DNA from: Alphaproteobacteria bacterium
GTDB lineage: Bacteria; Pseudomonadota; Alphaproteobacteria; UBA828
Reading direction: 5' to 3'
Assembly (NCBI GenBank): GCA_965237415.1
Contig: CBDEFM010000002.1
Location: forward strand, 2,144,001-2,208,000
Length of the DNA: 64,000 bases
A model generated the notes under the pieces. The model made no database searches, was not told the origin of the DNA, and saw nothing but the letters and a program-made list of their open reading frames with translations. Shown piece by piece: positions 29,379 to 39,014 of this stretch. Made by a program: the position numbers and the translations under genes. Position 1 is the stretch's first letter. The number at the start of each line of letters is the position of its first letter.

Positions 29379-30272
29379 ATGTTGCGCATCGTCCTCGAGA
29401 ACAACCTGAAGATTCTGCCCACGCTTGGCACGGGCAGCATCGACCTGATCTATATCGACCCGCCCTTCAACACCGGAAAGACGCAAAAGCGGGTCGCGAT
29501 CCAGACGGAGCGGGATGCGGACGGCGACAGGACCGGCTTCCAAGGCCAGCGCTATCGCACGACCACGCTCGGTGCCACCAGCTATGCTGACCGCTTTGAC
29601 GACTACCTGGCTTTCCTCGAGCCGCGCCTTGCGGAGGCCCACAGGGTGCTCGCCGATTCAGGCTCGCTCTTCTTCCACATCGACTACCGCGAGGCACACT
29701 ACTGCAAGGTGATGCTGGACGGCATCTTCGGGCGCGAGAGCTTCATCAACGAGATTATCTGGGCCTACGACTATGGTGGGCGGCCCAAGAACCGCTGGCC
29801 GGCCAAGCACGACACCATCCTCTGGTACGCCAAGGACCCGGCAACTTACACCTTCCATTTCGATGCGATGGACCGCATCCCTTACATGGCGCCGGCGCTG
29901 GTAGGGGCAGAAAAGGCCTCGCGCGGCAAGACGCCGACGGATGTCTGGTGGCACACCATCGTGCCCACCAACTCGAAGGAGAAAACCGGCTACGCCACCC
30001 AGAAGCCCCTCGGGCTTCTGGAGCGTATCGTCAAGGTCCATTCCTCGCCTGAGGACACGCTGATGGATTTCTTCGCGGGCTCCGGCACCTTCGGTGAAGC
30101 TGCCGCCAAGCACGGCCGCTCGTGTCTCCTCATCGACAACAACCCCGAGGCAGCGCGCGTCATGGCACGTCGCCTCGCTCGCTTCGCCCCCTGCCTGGAG
30201 GGCTTTGAGCCGGACTTCGACCAACCCGTCGAACCGCAAAGTCAGCTATCGTTTGGAGGCGATTTTGCCTAG
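29379..30272 (+). CDS. Beta-class N4C/N6A DNA methyltransferase
   Basis: Motif IV DLIYIDPPF precedes TQKP..LL.RI and motif I DFFAGSGT. Confidence 0.92.
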   Translation: MLRIVLENNLKILPTLGTGSIDLIYIDPPFNTGKTQKRVAIQTERDADGDRTGFQGQRYRTTTLGATSYADRFDDYLAFLEPRLAEAHRVLADSGSLFFHIDYREAHYCKVMLDGIFGRESFINEIIWAYDYGGRPKNRWPAKHDTILWYAKDPATYTFHFDAMDRIPYMAPALVGAEKASRGKTPTDVWWHTIVPTNSKEKTGYATQKPLGLLERIVKVHSSPEDTLMDFFAGSGTFGEAAAKHGRSCLLIDNNPEAARVMARRLARFAPCLEGFEPDFDQPVEPQSQLSFGGDFA

Positions 30273-30828
30273 ATCGCGGGAGATAACCGACCCGGATGTT
30301 AGGCTCCTGGCGGGCCTTGCCGCAACGCTTGAGGCTGACTACGGAGACGACTCTTTGGATTGGGAAGGCAGTCCTTTCGCATGGATTAAGTCGCGCCCTT
30401 CAAGACAGGTTGGTGCGATAGGAGAGCGGCTAGTTGCCGGATGGCTCGCGGCCCGGGATTTCGCAGTCGGGCCCGCCGGCGACAACGAGGCTGACCGCAT
30501 TGTGAACAACAAGCGTGTTGAGGTAAAGTTTTCAACGCTATGGGCGGGGGGACACTATAAATTTCAACAAATAAGGAACCAGAGATACGATCTATTGATT
30601 TACTTAGGTGTAAGTCCTTTTGATGCGCACTCTTGGGTGTTTACAAAGGACTTCCTGCTCGATGGCTGGGGTAATCTTCAGGGGTTCAGTCCACAACACG
30701 GCGGACGTGCAGGCATAGATACAGCATGGATCCAAGTGGATCCAGCGGCGCCCCAACCGTGGATCATACCGCACGGTGGGACGCTGCGAGACTCGATCAA
30801 TACGCTAGCTCAACTGCTGTCGAGGTAA
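30265..30828 (+). CDS. Putative type II restriction endonuclease (PD-(D/E)XK)
   Basis: GGAGG + TTG overlapping the MTase stop; GAIGE...EADRIV...VEVKFS pattern; visibly AT-richer than flanks. Confidence 0.65.
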   Translation: MPRSREITDPDVRLLAGLAATLEADYGDDSLDWEGSPFAWIKSRPSRQVGAIGERLVAGWLAARDFAVGPAGDNEADRIVNNKRVEVKFSTLWAGGHYKFQQIRNQRYDLLIYLGVSPFDAHSWVFTKDFLLDGWGNLQGFSPQHGGRAGIDTAWIQVDPAAPQPWIIPHGGTLRDSINTLAQLLSR

Positions 30829-30906
30829 ATCTCAGCTGCGCGGCCAACGAGTCGGCTTTGTTCGGCAACGGCAATCTGCTTGCGTTCACGAGCATGTCGA
30901 GCGTGG

Positions 30907-31245
30907 TCAGTATTTTGGCGACATCGCGCCGCCCTGCTCGCCAATGCTATCGATATACGCGGGCGCCCGGTCGGGGAGCTCGACGACCAGCAGGAGCTTT
31001 CCGCCCATGCTTTCGATGTAGCCGCGCAGTGTGGAGGTCTTGAGGTCGCTGCGCTCTTCCATCTGGGCGACCGAAGCTTGGCGGATGTTCAGCGCCTTGG
31101 CGATCTCGATCTGGGTGAGTTCCCGCGCCTTGCGAAGCTCTTGAAGGGTCTTGTATTCGTAGTACAGGCGGTCGGTCTCGGCGTCGATGCGCGCCCGCCT
31201 CTCCGGCGACAAGCCCTTAATCTTGTCTCTTAGAGTCGTTGCCAT
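30907..31245 (-). CDS. XRE-family HTH antitoxin (HigA-like), orphaned
   Basis: LSPERRARI...LQELRKARELTQ..IA..L.IRQ.SV..ME.RSDL..STLR.YI...GG.L. Confidence 0.88.
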   Translation of the reverse strand: MATTLRDKIKGLSPERRARIDAETDRLYYEYKTLQELRKARELTQIEIAKALNIRQASVAQMEERSDLKTSTLRGYIESMGGKLLLVVELPDRAPAYIDSIGEQGGAMSPKY

Positions 31246-31249
31246 CGGT

Positions 31250-31297
31250 CTATCCCTTCATCGCCGCGAGATGACGATCGAAGCGCTCATCGGCCTT
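31250..31297 (-). pseudogene. Last codons of a deleted RelE/HigB-like toxin
   Basis: KADERFDRHLAAMKG* ends 4 bp before the antitoxin ATG; resembles the C-terminus of this toxin class; no upstream ORF. Confidence 0.6.
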
Positions 31298-31318
31298 GCC
31301 GACAAATACTACAGACCA

Positions 31319-31338
31319 ATTATAGGCCTCAACCTATA
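31319..31338 (-). promoter_or_regulatory. TATAAT -10 box overlapped by an operator palindrome
   Basis: Minus-strand TATAAT at 31319-31324; tatagg-N6-cctata at 31321-31338. Confidence 0.55.
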
Positions 31339-31587
31339 CACCGTTGAGCGTGACTCCCTGGACCATGGTGCGGTGCACAGGGCACGTCGCCTGCGTAAGG
31401 ATCGCGCCGTGCAGAGCGAGAGCAAGCGGGCCGGGGCAGGCGGAGGCGACCCTGCTCTTGCGCCCGCGACCCAATCTACTGCGCCCGCGACTTCATCTAC
31501 CGAGCCCGCGACTCTGCGGGCGCTGCCGACGCGGGCGCGGGCGATGCGGGCGTGCAAGATCCCGTCTACCGCGTGCACAACCTTATC

Positions 31588-31623
31588 TGACGCGCGCGTG
31601 ACCTTTCAGGCACGCGCGCGTCA
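31588..31623. repeat. Perfect 13-bp inverted repeat (hairpin)
   Basis: tgacgcgcgcgtg-acctttcagg-cacgcgcgcgtca. Confidence 0.8.
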
Positions 31624-31646
31624 GGCATGCGCAACCCCGTCCCTCG

Positions 31647-31694
31647 GAATCCCACTTATCCCACTTAATCCCACTTAATCCCGGCGAATCCCGC
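31647..31694 (+). repeat. Phased ATCCC array, copy 1
   Basis: gaatcccacttatcccacttaatcccacttaatcccggcgaatcccgc; 47/48 identical to the reverse complement of 52782-52829. Confidence 0.9.
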
Positions 31695-31849
31695 TTTAGG
31701 AAAAGTTGTGGGACTCGCACGGCGGCCCGAGAGCGCCGCCCTCGCGCCTCCGCCCCCGCCTCCCGAGTGCCCTTCCGCCCAGGCGGCATCTGCGCCATGA
31801 TCCGGCCCTCGCGCGGCACGCGCGGCACGGCACGGATGGGGAGTGGGTC

Positions 31850-32614
31850 ATGGCCAAGGTACTCGTAATCGTTCCCTTCGCCTTCGACGAGAAGGGGCTT
31901 GCGAACCGGCGCTCGCAGCTGGAATCGGTCGCGCTCGGGCCGGACATTGAGTTCGACTTTCGCGGCGTCAAGGCGGGGCCGGCGCTGCTCGACTGCTATC
32001 ACGACTATGTCATGGGCGACATCGCGCTCTTCGAAGCCGGCTTGAGCGCCGAGGACGACGGCTACGACGCCGTCTGCATCGACACGATGAGCGATTCCGG
32101 CATGAACGCGCTCCGCTCCGTGCTCGACATCCCGGTGATCGGGCCGGGGCGGGCCTCCTTCATGACCGCGCTGATGCTCGGCAACCGCTTCTCGGTTGTG
32201 ACCCAGTGGGACGGCTGGATCCCGCTTTACAAGAAGGGCACGCAGGAATACGGCGTCGCCGACAGGCTCGCCTCCATCCGCTCCATCAACGTGATGCCGG
32301 ACGTCGAGAACCTGCTCGGCGGCAAGGAGGAGGTGGTCTTCCCCAAGCTGGTGGACTGCGCCATGCGCTGCATCGAGGAAGACGGCGCCGAGGTGATCCT
32401 GCTGGGCTCCACCACCATGCACCAGGCGCACGGCCACATGGCCGCCAACCTGCCGGTGCCGGTCATCAACCCCGGCCCGCTCACCTACAAGCTCGCCGAG
32501 TTTGTGCTCGGCTTAGGGCTAACCCACAGCCGCAAGGCCTACCCCAAGCCGAGCGTGCCGAAGCCCGCCATGATCCACGCGATGATGGACGGCGCGGCCT
32601 CGGTCGGCGACTGA
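31850..32614 (+). CDS. Asp/Glu/hydantoin racemase family protein
   Basis: GYDAVCIDTMSDSG..ALRS.LDIPVIGP, GAEVILLGSTTM, PVINP. Confidence 0.85.
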   Translation: MAKVLVIVPFAFDEKGLANRRSQLESVALGPDIEFDFRGVKAGPALLDCYHDYVMGDIALFEAGLSAEDDGYDAVCIDTMSDSGMNALRSVLDIPVIGPGRASFMTALMLGNRFSVVTQWDGWIPLYKKGTQEYGVADRLASIRSINVMPDVENLLGGKEEVVFPKLVDCAMRCIEEDGAEVILLGSTTMHQAHGHMAANLPVPVINPGPLTYKLAEFVLGLGLTHSRKAYPKPSVPKPAMIHAMMDGAASVGD

Positions 32615-32632
32615 CCAGCGGGGGAGCATAGG

Positions 32633-33424
32633 ATGGCAGGACGACTGGAGGGCCGCGTCGCGCTCGTCACCGGTGCTGCGAAGGGCATCGGCAAGGCCTG
32701 CGCCCGCGCGCTCGCGGCGGAGGACGCGCCGGTCGCGCTCGCCGATATCGACAGGGAGGGAGGCGAGGCGCTCGCGGCCGAACTCGCGGCGGGCGGTGCG
32801 GAGACGATGTTCGTCGCCCTCGACGTCACCCAGGAAGCCGATTGGGAGGCCGCGATCCCGGCCATCGTCGACCGCTTCGGCGGCCTCGACGTGCTCGTGA
32901 ACAATGCCGGCGTCGGCATCATCGAGCCGCTGCCGGAGGTGACGCTGGAGAGCTGGCGCAAGAGCATGTCGGTCAACGTCGACGGCGTCTTCCTCGGCAC
33001 CAAGCACGCCATGGGCGCGATGCGCGCGGGCGGCTCGATCATCAACATCTCGTCGATCCTCGGTTTCACCAGCATCCCGGGGCTCTCCGCCTACAGCGCG
33101 ACCAAGGGGGCGGTCAGGCTCTTCAGCAAGGGGGCGGCGCTCGACGGCGCCAAGGACGAGCGGCGCATCCGGGTGAACTCGATCCACCCCGGCTACATCC
33201 ATACCGAGATGATGGAGGCCACCTGCTACCGCGACTACGGCAGCCTGGAGGCGGGGCTGGCGGCGCTCGCCAAGCAGCACCCCATCGGCCGGGTCGGCAA
33301 GCCCGAGGACATCGCCAACGGCGTGGTCTTCCTCGCGTCCGAGGAATCGAGCTTCATCACCGGCACCGAGCTGGTGATCGATGGCGGCTACCTGGCGGTC
33401 GGCGGCTATTCGGTCGTGCCGTAG
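32633..33424 (+). CDS. Short-chain dehydrogenase/reductase
   Basis: TGAAKGIG, NNAG, YSATK, NSIHPG, ITG..LVIDGG. Confidence 0.92.
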   Translation: MAGRLEGRVALVTGAAKGIGKACARALAAEDAPVALADIDREGGEALAAELAAGGAETMFVALDVTQEADWEAAIPAIVDRFGGLDVLVNNAGVGIIEPLPEVTLESWRKSMSVNVDGVFLGTKHAMGAMRAGGSIINISSILGFTSIPGLSAYSATKGAVRLFSKGAALDGAKDERRIRVNSIHPGYIHTEMMEATCYRDYGSLEAGLAALAKQHPIGRVGKPEDIANGVVFLASEESSFITGTELVIDGGYLAVGGYSVVP

Positions 33425-33484
33425 ACGGCGCGCTGATGATGGCGACGGCGACAGCCTCTGTCGTCATTTGTCGGGGAGAACGAA

Positions 33485-33609
33485 GAGAAACACCCCCACC
33501 TCACCCCGGCCCTCTCCTCCCCGAGGGGAGGAGAGGGAGCACGCGCAGGTGCCGCCTGCGTCCCCCCTCCGCCTTTGGGGGAGGGGGACAGGGGGAGGTG
33601 GGGTTTCTC
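33485..33609. repeat. Composite palindromic intergenic repeat (REP-like)
   Basis: Outer IR gagaaac.ccccacctc / gaggtggggtttctc enclosing hairpins ccctctcctcccc-ga-ggggaggagaggg and tcccccctcc...ggagggggac. Confidence 0.7.
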
Positions 33610-33640
33610 GGCCCAGGCCGAAGCGAGCGGAGGGAGCATC

Positions 33641-34657
33641 ATGAACGCGGTCACCAATCGCCAGATCAGGCTCGCGGCGCGGCCGGTGGGCATGCCGAAA
33701 GGGAGCGACTTTTCGCTGGCCGAGGAGCCGGTGCCCGAGCCCCGGCCCGGCCAGGCGCTGGTGCGGGTACTCTATCTCTCCCTCGACCCCTACATGCGGG
33801 GGCGGATGAGCGCAGCGAAGTCCTACGCGGCGCCGGTCGCCATCGGCGACGTGATGACAGGCGGCGCGGTGGGGGAGGTCGTCCGCTCGGAGGCCGCGGG
33901 CCTCAAGCCGGGCGATCTGGTGGAGGGCATGTTCGGCTGGCAGGAATACGCGCTCTGCTCGCGCGGCAGCGCGCGGGTGCTGCCCGAGTCCGGCCATCCG
34001 GCTTCTTACGCGCTCGGCATTCTCGGCATGCCCGGCGCCACCGCCTATTTCGGCCTGCTGGAGGTGGGCCAGCCGCACCCCGGCGACACGGTGGTGGTCT
34101 CTGCGGCCTCGGGTGCCGTCGGCGCGGCGGTGGGCCAGATCGCCAAGATCGGCGGCTGCCGTGTCGTCGGCACGGTCGGCAGTGATGAGAAAGCCGCGTA
34201 TGTGACCGAGGAGCTGGGCTTCGACGCCGCGATCAACTACCGCACGGCGAACGACATCGGCGCCGCACTGGACGAGGCCTGCCCCGATGGCGTGGATGTC
34301 AATTTCGACAACGTCGGCGGCCCGATGACCGATGCGGTGATGCAACGCCTCGCCTTCAAGGCGCGTGTAGTGGTCTGCGGCAATATCCACCACTACACGC
34401 TGACCGAGCCTTACGTCGGGCCAAGCCATCTGCGCTACATCCTCATCAACCGGGCGCGGGTCGAAGGCTTCCTCGTGCTCGACTGGCTCGATCGTTATCC
34501 GGAGGCCTTCGCCCGGCTCGCCGCGTGGCTCGACGAGGGCCGGATGTCTTACAAGGAACATGTGATCGAGGGGCTGGAGAACGCGCCCGAGGGGCTTGGC
34601 ATGCTCTTCGAGGGACGCAACTTCGGCAAGCTCGTGGTCAAGGTGGCGGAGCGCTGA
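33641..34657 (+). CDS. NADP-dependent oxidoreductase (CurA/PTGR-like MDR family)
   Basis: LAARP.G.P, YLSLDPYMRGRM, LGMPG.TAYFGL, SAASGAVG..VGQIAK, N.GKLVV. Confidence 0.9.
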   Translation: MNAVTNRQIRLAARPVGMPKGSDFSLAEEPVPEPRPGQALVRVLYLSLDPYMRGRMSAAKSYAAPVAIGDVMTGGAVGEVVRSEAAGLKPGDLVEGMFGWQEYALCSRGSARVLPESGHPASYALGILGMPGATAYFGLLEVGQPHPGDTVVVSAASGAVGAAVGQIAKIGGCRVVGTVGSDEKAAYVTEELGFDAAINYRTANDIGAALDEACPDGVDVNFDNVGGPMTDAVMQRLAFKARVVVCGNIHHYTLTEPYVGPSHLRYILINRARVEGFLVLDWLDRYPEAFARLAAWLDEGRMSYKEHVIEGLENAPEGLGMLFEGRNFGKLVVKVAER

Positions 34658-34661
34658 AACG

Positions 34662-35762
34662 ATGCCTCCGGCGACGACCCAGACGGGGGTCAACGCCCCG
34701 GAATCGACGGTCGTCCTGCTTATCGAGGACATCTTCGGGGCCCTCGGCTTCACCGGGCCTGAGCGCGCGGTGCTGACCGAGACCCTGCTGGAAGCGAGCC
34801 GCGCGGGCTATCACTCTCACGGCGTGATGCGCATCCCCACCTTCGCCGAAAACACGCGGGACGGGATGATCGCGCCGGCGGCGGCGCCGGTCGTGGTGCA
34901 CGAGACCGAGGCTGCGGCGATGATCGATGCTCGCCATTGCCTCGGCCCGGTCTCCTGCGTCTTCGCCGTGGAGCGGGCCAGTGCCAAGGCGCGGGCTCAG
35001 GGCATCGGCTGTGCCGCCGTGCGCAATGGCAACGACGTGGCCCGCCTGGGTGCCTATGTCGGCGGGCCGGCACGGGCGGGCCTCATGACGCTCCTCCTGG
35101 TGAACGACGCGGGCGGCGGCGCCTGCGTCGCGCCCTTCGGCAGCGCCGCGCCCTTCCTCAGCACCAATCCCTTGGCCTGCGGCATCCCGCGCGCGCCCGG
35201 CACGCCGCCGCTGGTGATCGACATCTCGACCTCCGTCGTGGCCCTCGGCAAGATCCGGATGGCCGTGAACCAGGGCGAGGCCGTGCCCGAGGGCTGGCTC
35301 ATCGACCGCGCGGGCAAGACGACCACGGAGCCTGGCGGCTTCTTCGACACGCCCCGGAGCGCGTCGCTCCTGCCGCTCGGCGGCGCGGCGGACGGCCACA
35401 AGGGTTTTCTGCTCAGCCTGATTATCGAGGCGTTCGCCGGCGCGCTCGCCGGTGCGGGCATGAGCCGGGGCAATGAGAATGAGGACCAGGGCAACGGCCT
35501 CTTCGTGCTCGCCGCCGACCCGCAGGCGCTCGGCATGGGGCCTGAGTTCGTGCGGGCAATGGAGGAATTCGTCGCCGGGCTGGAGGCGCTCCCGCCCGCC
35601 GAAGGCAGCACGGGCGTGCGCCTCCCCGGCGTGCGTGCCGGGAGCGAGCCCGGCGGCAGCTTCCCCATCGACGGGCGCACCTGGGCGCGGATCACGGCGA
35701 TCCTCGACGCCCTCTCGCTCGGCACCGACTACGCGGTGACGCCCGCCGCGGGCGGGGAGTAG
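34662..35762 (+). CDS. Ldh_2-family oxidoreductase
   Basis: G..SHGV.R, STNPL, DISTS..A.GK, LLPLGG...GHKG..L. Confidence 0.85.
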   Translation: MPPATTQTGVNAPESTVVLLIEDIFGALGFTGPERAVLTETLLEASRAGYHSHGVMRIPTFAENTRDGMIAPAAAPVVVHETEAAAMIDARHCLGPVSCVFAVERASAKARAQGIGCAAVRNGNDVARLGAYVGGPARAGLMTLLLVNDAGGGACVAPFGSAAPFLSTNPLACGIPRAPGTPPLVIDISTSVVALGKIRMAVNQGEAVPEGWLIDRAGKTTTEPGGFFDTPRSASLLPLGGAADGHKGFLLSLIIEAFAGALAGAGMSRGNENEDQGNGLFVLAADPQALGMGPEFVRAMEEFVAGLEALPPAEGSTGVRLPGVRAGSEPGGSFPIDGRTWARITAILDALSLGTDYAVTPAAGGE

Positions 35763-35770
35763 CAGCCCCC

Positions 35771-36622
35771 GTGAGCGACACGAGCGACGCCACGGCGCGA
35801 AAGGAACGCGCTCGCACGTGGTTCGAAGCGCTCCGGGACCAAATCTGCGCCGCCTTCGAGGCGATCGAGGACGAGGCGGCGTCAGCGGGCGAGCGGCCCG
35901 GCCGCTTCGAGCGTAAGCCTTGGGAGCGCCCCGGCGGCGGCGGCGGCGTGATGTCGATCATGCGGGGCCGGGTGTTCGAGAAAGTCGGCGTCAACGTCTC
36001 GACCGTGCACGGCACCTTCTCCGAGACCTTCCGCCAGGCGGTGACAGGCGCCGCAGAGGACGGCCGCTTCTGGGCGAGCGGCATTTCCGTCGTGGCTCAC
36101 ATGCGCTCGCCGCTCGTGCCGGCGGTCCACATGAACACGCGCCACATCGTCACCAGCACGTGGTGGTTCGGCGGCGGCAGCGATCTCACGCCCACCTATC
36201 CAGACGAGCGCGACACGGCAGACTTTCACACCGCGATGAGAGAGGCCTGCGAGCGCCACGACGCGGCTTACTATCCGCGCTTCAAGGCGTGGTGCGATCG
36301 CTACTTCCACCTCGCCCACCGAAATGAATCCCGCGGCGTCGGCGGCATCTTCTACGACGACCTCAACAGCGGCGATTGGGAGGCGGACTTCGCCTTCACC
36401 CAGGATGTCGGCCGCGCCTTCCTCGTTGTCTATCCGGCGATCGTGCGCCGCCGCATGGCGGAGCCCTGGACCGAGGAACAGCGCCAGCACCAGCTCGTGC
36501 GCCGCGGCCGGTATGTCGAGTTCAACCTGCTCTACGACCGCGGCACGCGCTTCGGGCTGGAGACCGGCGGCAATCCTGAGGCGATCCTGATGTCGCTCCC
36601 GCCCGAGGTGCACTGGCCCTGA
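35771..36622 (+). CDS. hemF: Oxygen-dependent coproporphyrinogen III oxidase
   Basis: [54 protein letters not shown]. Confidence 0.95.
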   Translation: MSDTSDATARKERARTWFEALRDQICAAFEAIEDEAASAGERPGRFERKPWERPGGGGGVMSIMRGRVFEKVGVNVSTVHGTFSETFRQAVTGAAEDGRFWASGISVVAHMRSPLVPAVHMNTRHIVTSTWWFGGGSDLTPTYPDERDTADFHTAMREACERHDAAYYPRFKAWCDRYFHLAHRNESRGVGGIFYDDLNSGDWEADFAFTQDVGRAFLVVYPAIVRRRMAEPWTEEQRQHQLVRRGRYVEFNLLYDRGTRFGLETGGNPEAILMSLPPEVHWP

Positions 36623-36675
36623 CCGGCGCCGGCCACTCTCTTGCGGCGGTTGCGGCGGCCTCGTAGCGTATCCGC

Positions 36676-37974
36676 ATGCAGAACGCGGGAAACGAGGGCG
36701 GAGCCGAAGCCAGCGCAGCGCTCAGCGGCAAGCGGGTACTGCTGGTGATCGCAGGCGGCATCGCCGCCTACAAATGCCTCGACCTCATCAGGCGGCTCAG
36801 GGAGAGCGGCGCCCAGGTGCGCTGCATCCTGACCCGTGCCGGCGCCGAATTCGTGACTCCGCTGTCGGTCGAGACCCTCGCCGGCGGGACGGCCTTCACC
36901 GACACGCTCGCGCTGACCGCCGAGAGCGACATCGCCCACATCCGGCTGGGGCAGGAGGCCGATATCGTGGTGGTGGCGCCTGCGACCGCCGACATCATGG
37001 CGAAGATGGCGCACGGCATCGCGGACGATCTGGCGACCTCGACGCTGCTCGCCACCGACAAGCCAGTGCTCGCGGCGCCCGCGATGAACACGCGGATGTG
37101 GCACCATCCCGCGACGGCGCGCAATCGCGCGCGGCTGGAAGCCGACGGTGTGCGCTTCGTCGGCCCCAATGACGGCCCGCTGGCGGAGGGCGAAAGCGGC
37201 CCCGGCCGGATGGCGGAGGTGCCGGAGATTGTGGCCGCCATCGCCGACATCCTGAACGCGACCCGGCCCCGCCCGCTCGCCGGCCTGCGTGTGCTCGTCA
37301 CCAGCGGCCCGACCTATGAGCCCATCGACCCGGTGCGCTTCCTCGGCAACCGGTCTTCCGGCAAGCAGGGCCACGCGATCGCGGCCGCCTGCGCCGAGGC
37401 GGGCGCCCGCGTGATGCTCGTCTCGGGCCCGACCGGGCAGCCGGCACCGGCCGGCGTCGAGACGGTGCGAATCGAGACCGCCGAGGAGATGCTAACCGCC
37501 TGCGAGCAGGGCCTCCCCGCCGACATCGCCATCTGCGCGGCGGCGGTCTCCGACTGGCGGGCGGCGGCGCCCCAGGAGCGGAAGATCAAGAAGCCCCGAG
37601 GGGGCGCGGGCCGCGGCGACGGCGCTCCAACCCTGGAACTTGCCGAAAACCCGGACATCCTGGCCCACCTGAGTGCCCCCGGCCCGAAGCGCCCGCGCCT
37701 GGTGATCGGCTTCGCCGCCGAGACCGAGGACTTGGAGGCGAACGCCGCCGCCAAGCTCGCGGCCAAGGGCTGCGACTGGATTCTTGCCAATCAGGTGGCG
37801 GAGGGCGGCAACGTCTTCGGCAGCGACGACAATCTCATCCACCTCCTCACGCGCACCGAGGGCGATGGGGCGCCGGCAGTCGAGCGCTGGCCCCGCATGA
37901 GCAAGGCCGAGGTCGCGGCGCGGCTGGTCGCGCACATCGCGCAAGCACTCTCCGCCGGCGCCGACCCCGCATGA
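36676..37974 (+). CDS. coaBC: Bifunctional phosphopantothenoylcysteine decarboxylase/synthetase
   Basis: [49 protein letters not shown]. Confidence 0.95.
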   Translation: MQNAGNEGGAEASAALSGKRVLLVIAGGIAAYKCLDLIRRLRESGAQVRCILTRAGAEFVTPLSVETLAGGTAFTDTLALTAESDIAHIRLGQEADIVVVAPATADIMAKMAHGIADDLATSTLLATDKPVLAAPAMNTRMWHHPATARNRARLEADGVRFVGPNDGPLAEGESGPGRMAEVPEIVAAIADILNATRPRPLAGLRVLVTSGPTYEPIDPVRFLGNRSSGKQGHAIAAACAEAGARVMLVSGPTGQPAPAGVETVRIETAEEMLTACEQGLPADIAICAAAVSDWRAAAPQERKIKKPRGGAGRGDGAPTLELAENPDILAHLSAPGPKRPRLVIGFAAETEDLEANAAAKLAAKGCDWILANQVAEGGNVFGSDDNLIHLLTRTEGDGAPAVERWPRMSKAEVAARLVAHIAQALSAGADPA

Positions 37975-38450
37975 GCGCAGCGGTGGAGACACCGGTCGAG
38001 GTCACGGTCACGCGCCTCGCCCATGGGCAGGACCTGCCGCTGCCGGGCTACGCCAGCGCCGGCAGCGCCGGCCTCGATCTCTACGCCGCCGCCGGCCCGC
38101 TCTCTCTCGCACCGGGGGCGCGCACCCTGGTTGCGACCGGGCTCGTGCTCGCGCTGCCTGAGGGCTTCGAGGGCCAGATCAGGCCGCGCTCGGGCCTTGC
38201 GCTGGAGCATGGCGTGACCGTGCTCAACAGCCCCGGCACGATCGATTCGGACTATCGGGGCGAGATCGGCGTGCTGCTCGTCAATCTGGGCGAGGTCCCG
38301 TTCGTCGTGGAGCGCGGCATGCGCATCGCCCAGCTCGTGATCGCGCCGGTTTGCCGGGCGCGGCTGGTGGAGGGCGAAGTGCCGCCGAGCGACAGGGGCG
38401 CCGGCGGCTTCGGCTCGACCGGATCAGGCCTTCCCGAGGGTGACGCCTGA
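37971..38450 (+). CDS. dut: dUTPase
   Basis: [35 protein letters not shown]. Confidence 0.96.
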   Translation: MSAAVETPVEVTVTRLAHGQDLPLPGYASAGSAGLDLYAAAGPLSLAPGARTLVATGLVLALPEGFEGQIRPRSGLALEHGVTVLNSPGTIDSDYRGEIGVLLVNLGEVPFVVERGMRIAQLVIAPVCRARLVEGEVPPSDRGAGGFGSTGSGLPEGDA

Positions 38451-38498
38451 CCGACGGGAAGGGTGTGGCTCGTTCTCCCCGTCATTGAGAAATGCGGG

Positions 38499-39014
38499 TT
38501 AATCGAGCGGCGGCCGGCGATCCGTCGTGGGAAAGGCTTCCTGATAGGCCCGTGCCGCGCGTAGCGTGCGCGCATCGTCGTAGATGGGGCCGACGATCTG
38601 CAGACCGACCGGCAGCCCGCCGGCGGTAAAGCCGCACGGAACCGTGGCCGCCGGCTGGCGAGAGAAGTTGAAGGGAAAGGTCGGCAACTCCCACACCCAG
38701 GCGCGCTCGCGATCCCACTCGGGCGGGAACGCATGCGCGATCCCGAACGGCGAGACGATCGCCGTCGGTGTCAGCAGCAGGTCGTAGGTCTCGTGAAACT
38801 CGCGCATGCGATGGGCAAGAAGATCCCGCTGGCGCTCGGCTTCGACGAAGTCCTCGAGGGCGATGTCCTTCACCTCCTCAAGCGCCTCGCGCGTCTCGTC
38901 TCCCAAGTCGGCGAGCCGATCGTCGGAGAACCGGGCCTTGAGCCCGGCCGCGAGGATCGGCGACCAGATGGTGTTGAAGATGTGAATGGGATCGTCGAAC
39001 GGCGGCGCAACCTC
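38499..39014 (-). pseudogene. C-terminal third of an AS-family amidase
   Basis: YDLLLTPT, TFPFN...QPA.TVPCG....GLPVGLQIVG...DD...L; catalytic N-terminal region absent. Confidence 0.8.

Noticed and set aside
31647-31694. CRISPR array or telomere-like repeat
   Set aside because: Units are ~10 bp with no unique spacers, no cas genes are present, and the array is internal with only five units.
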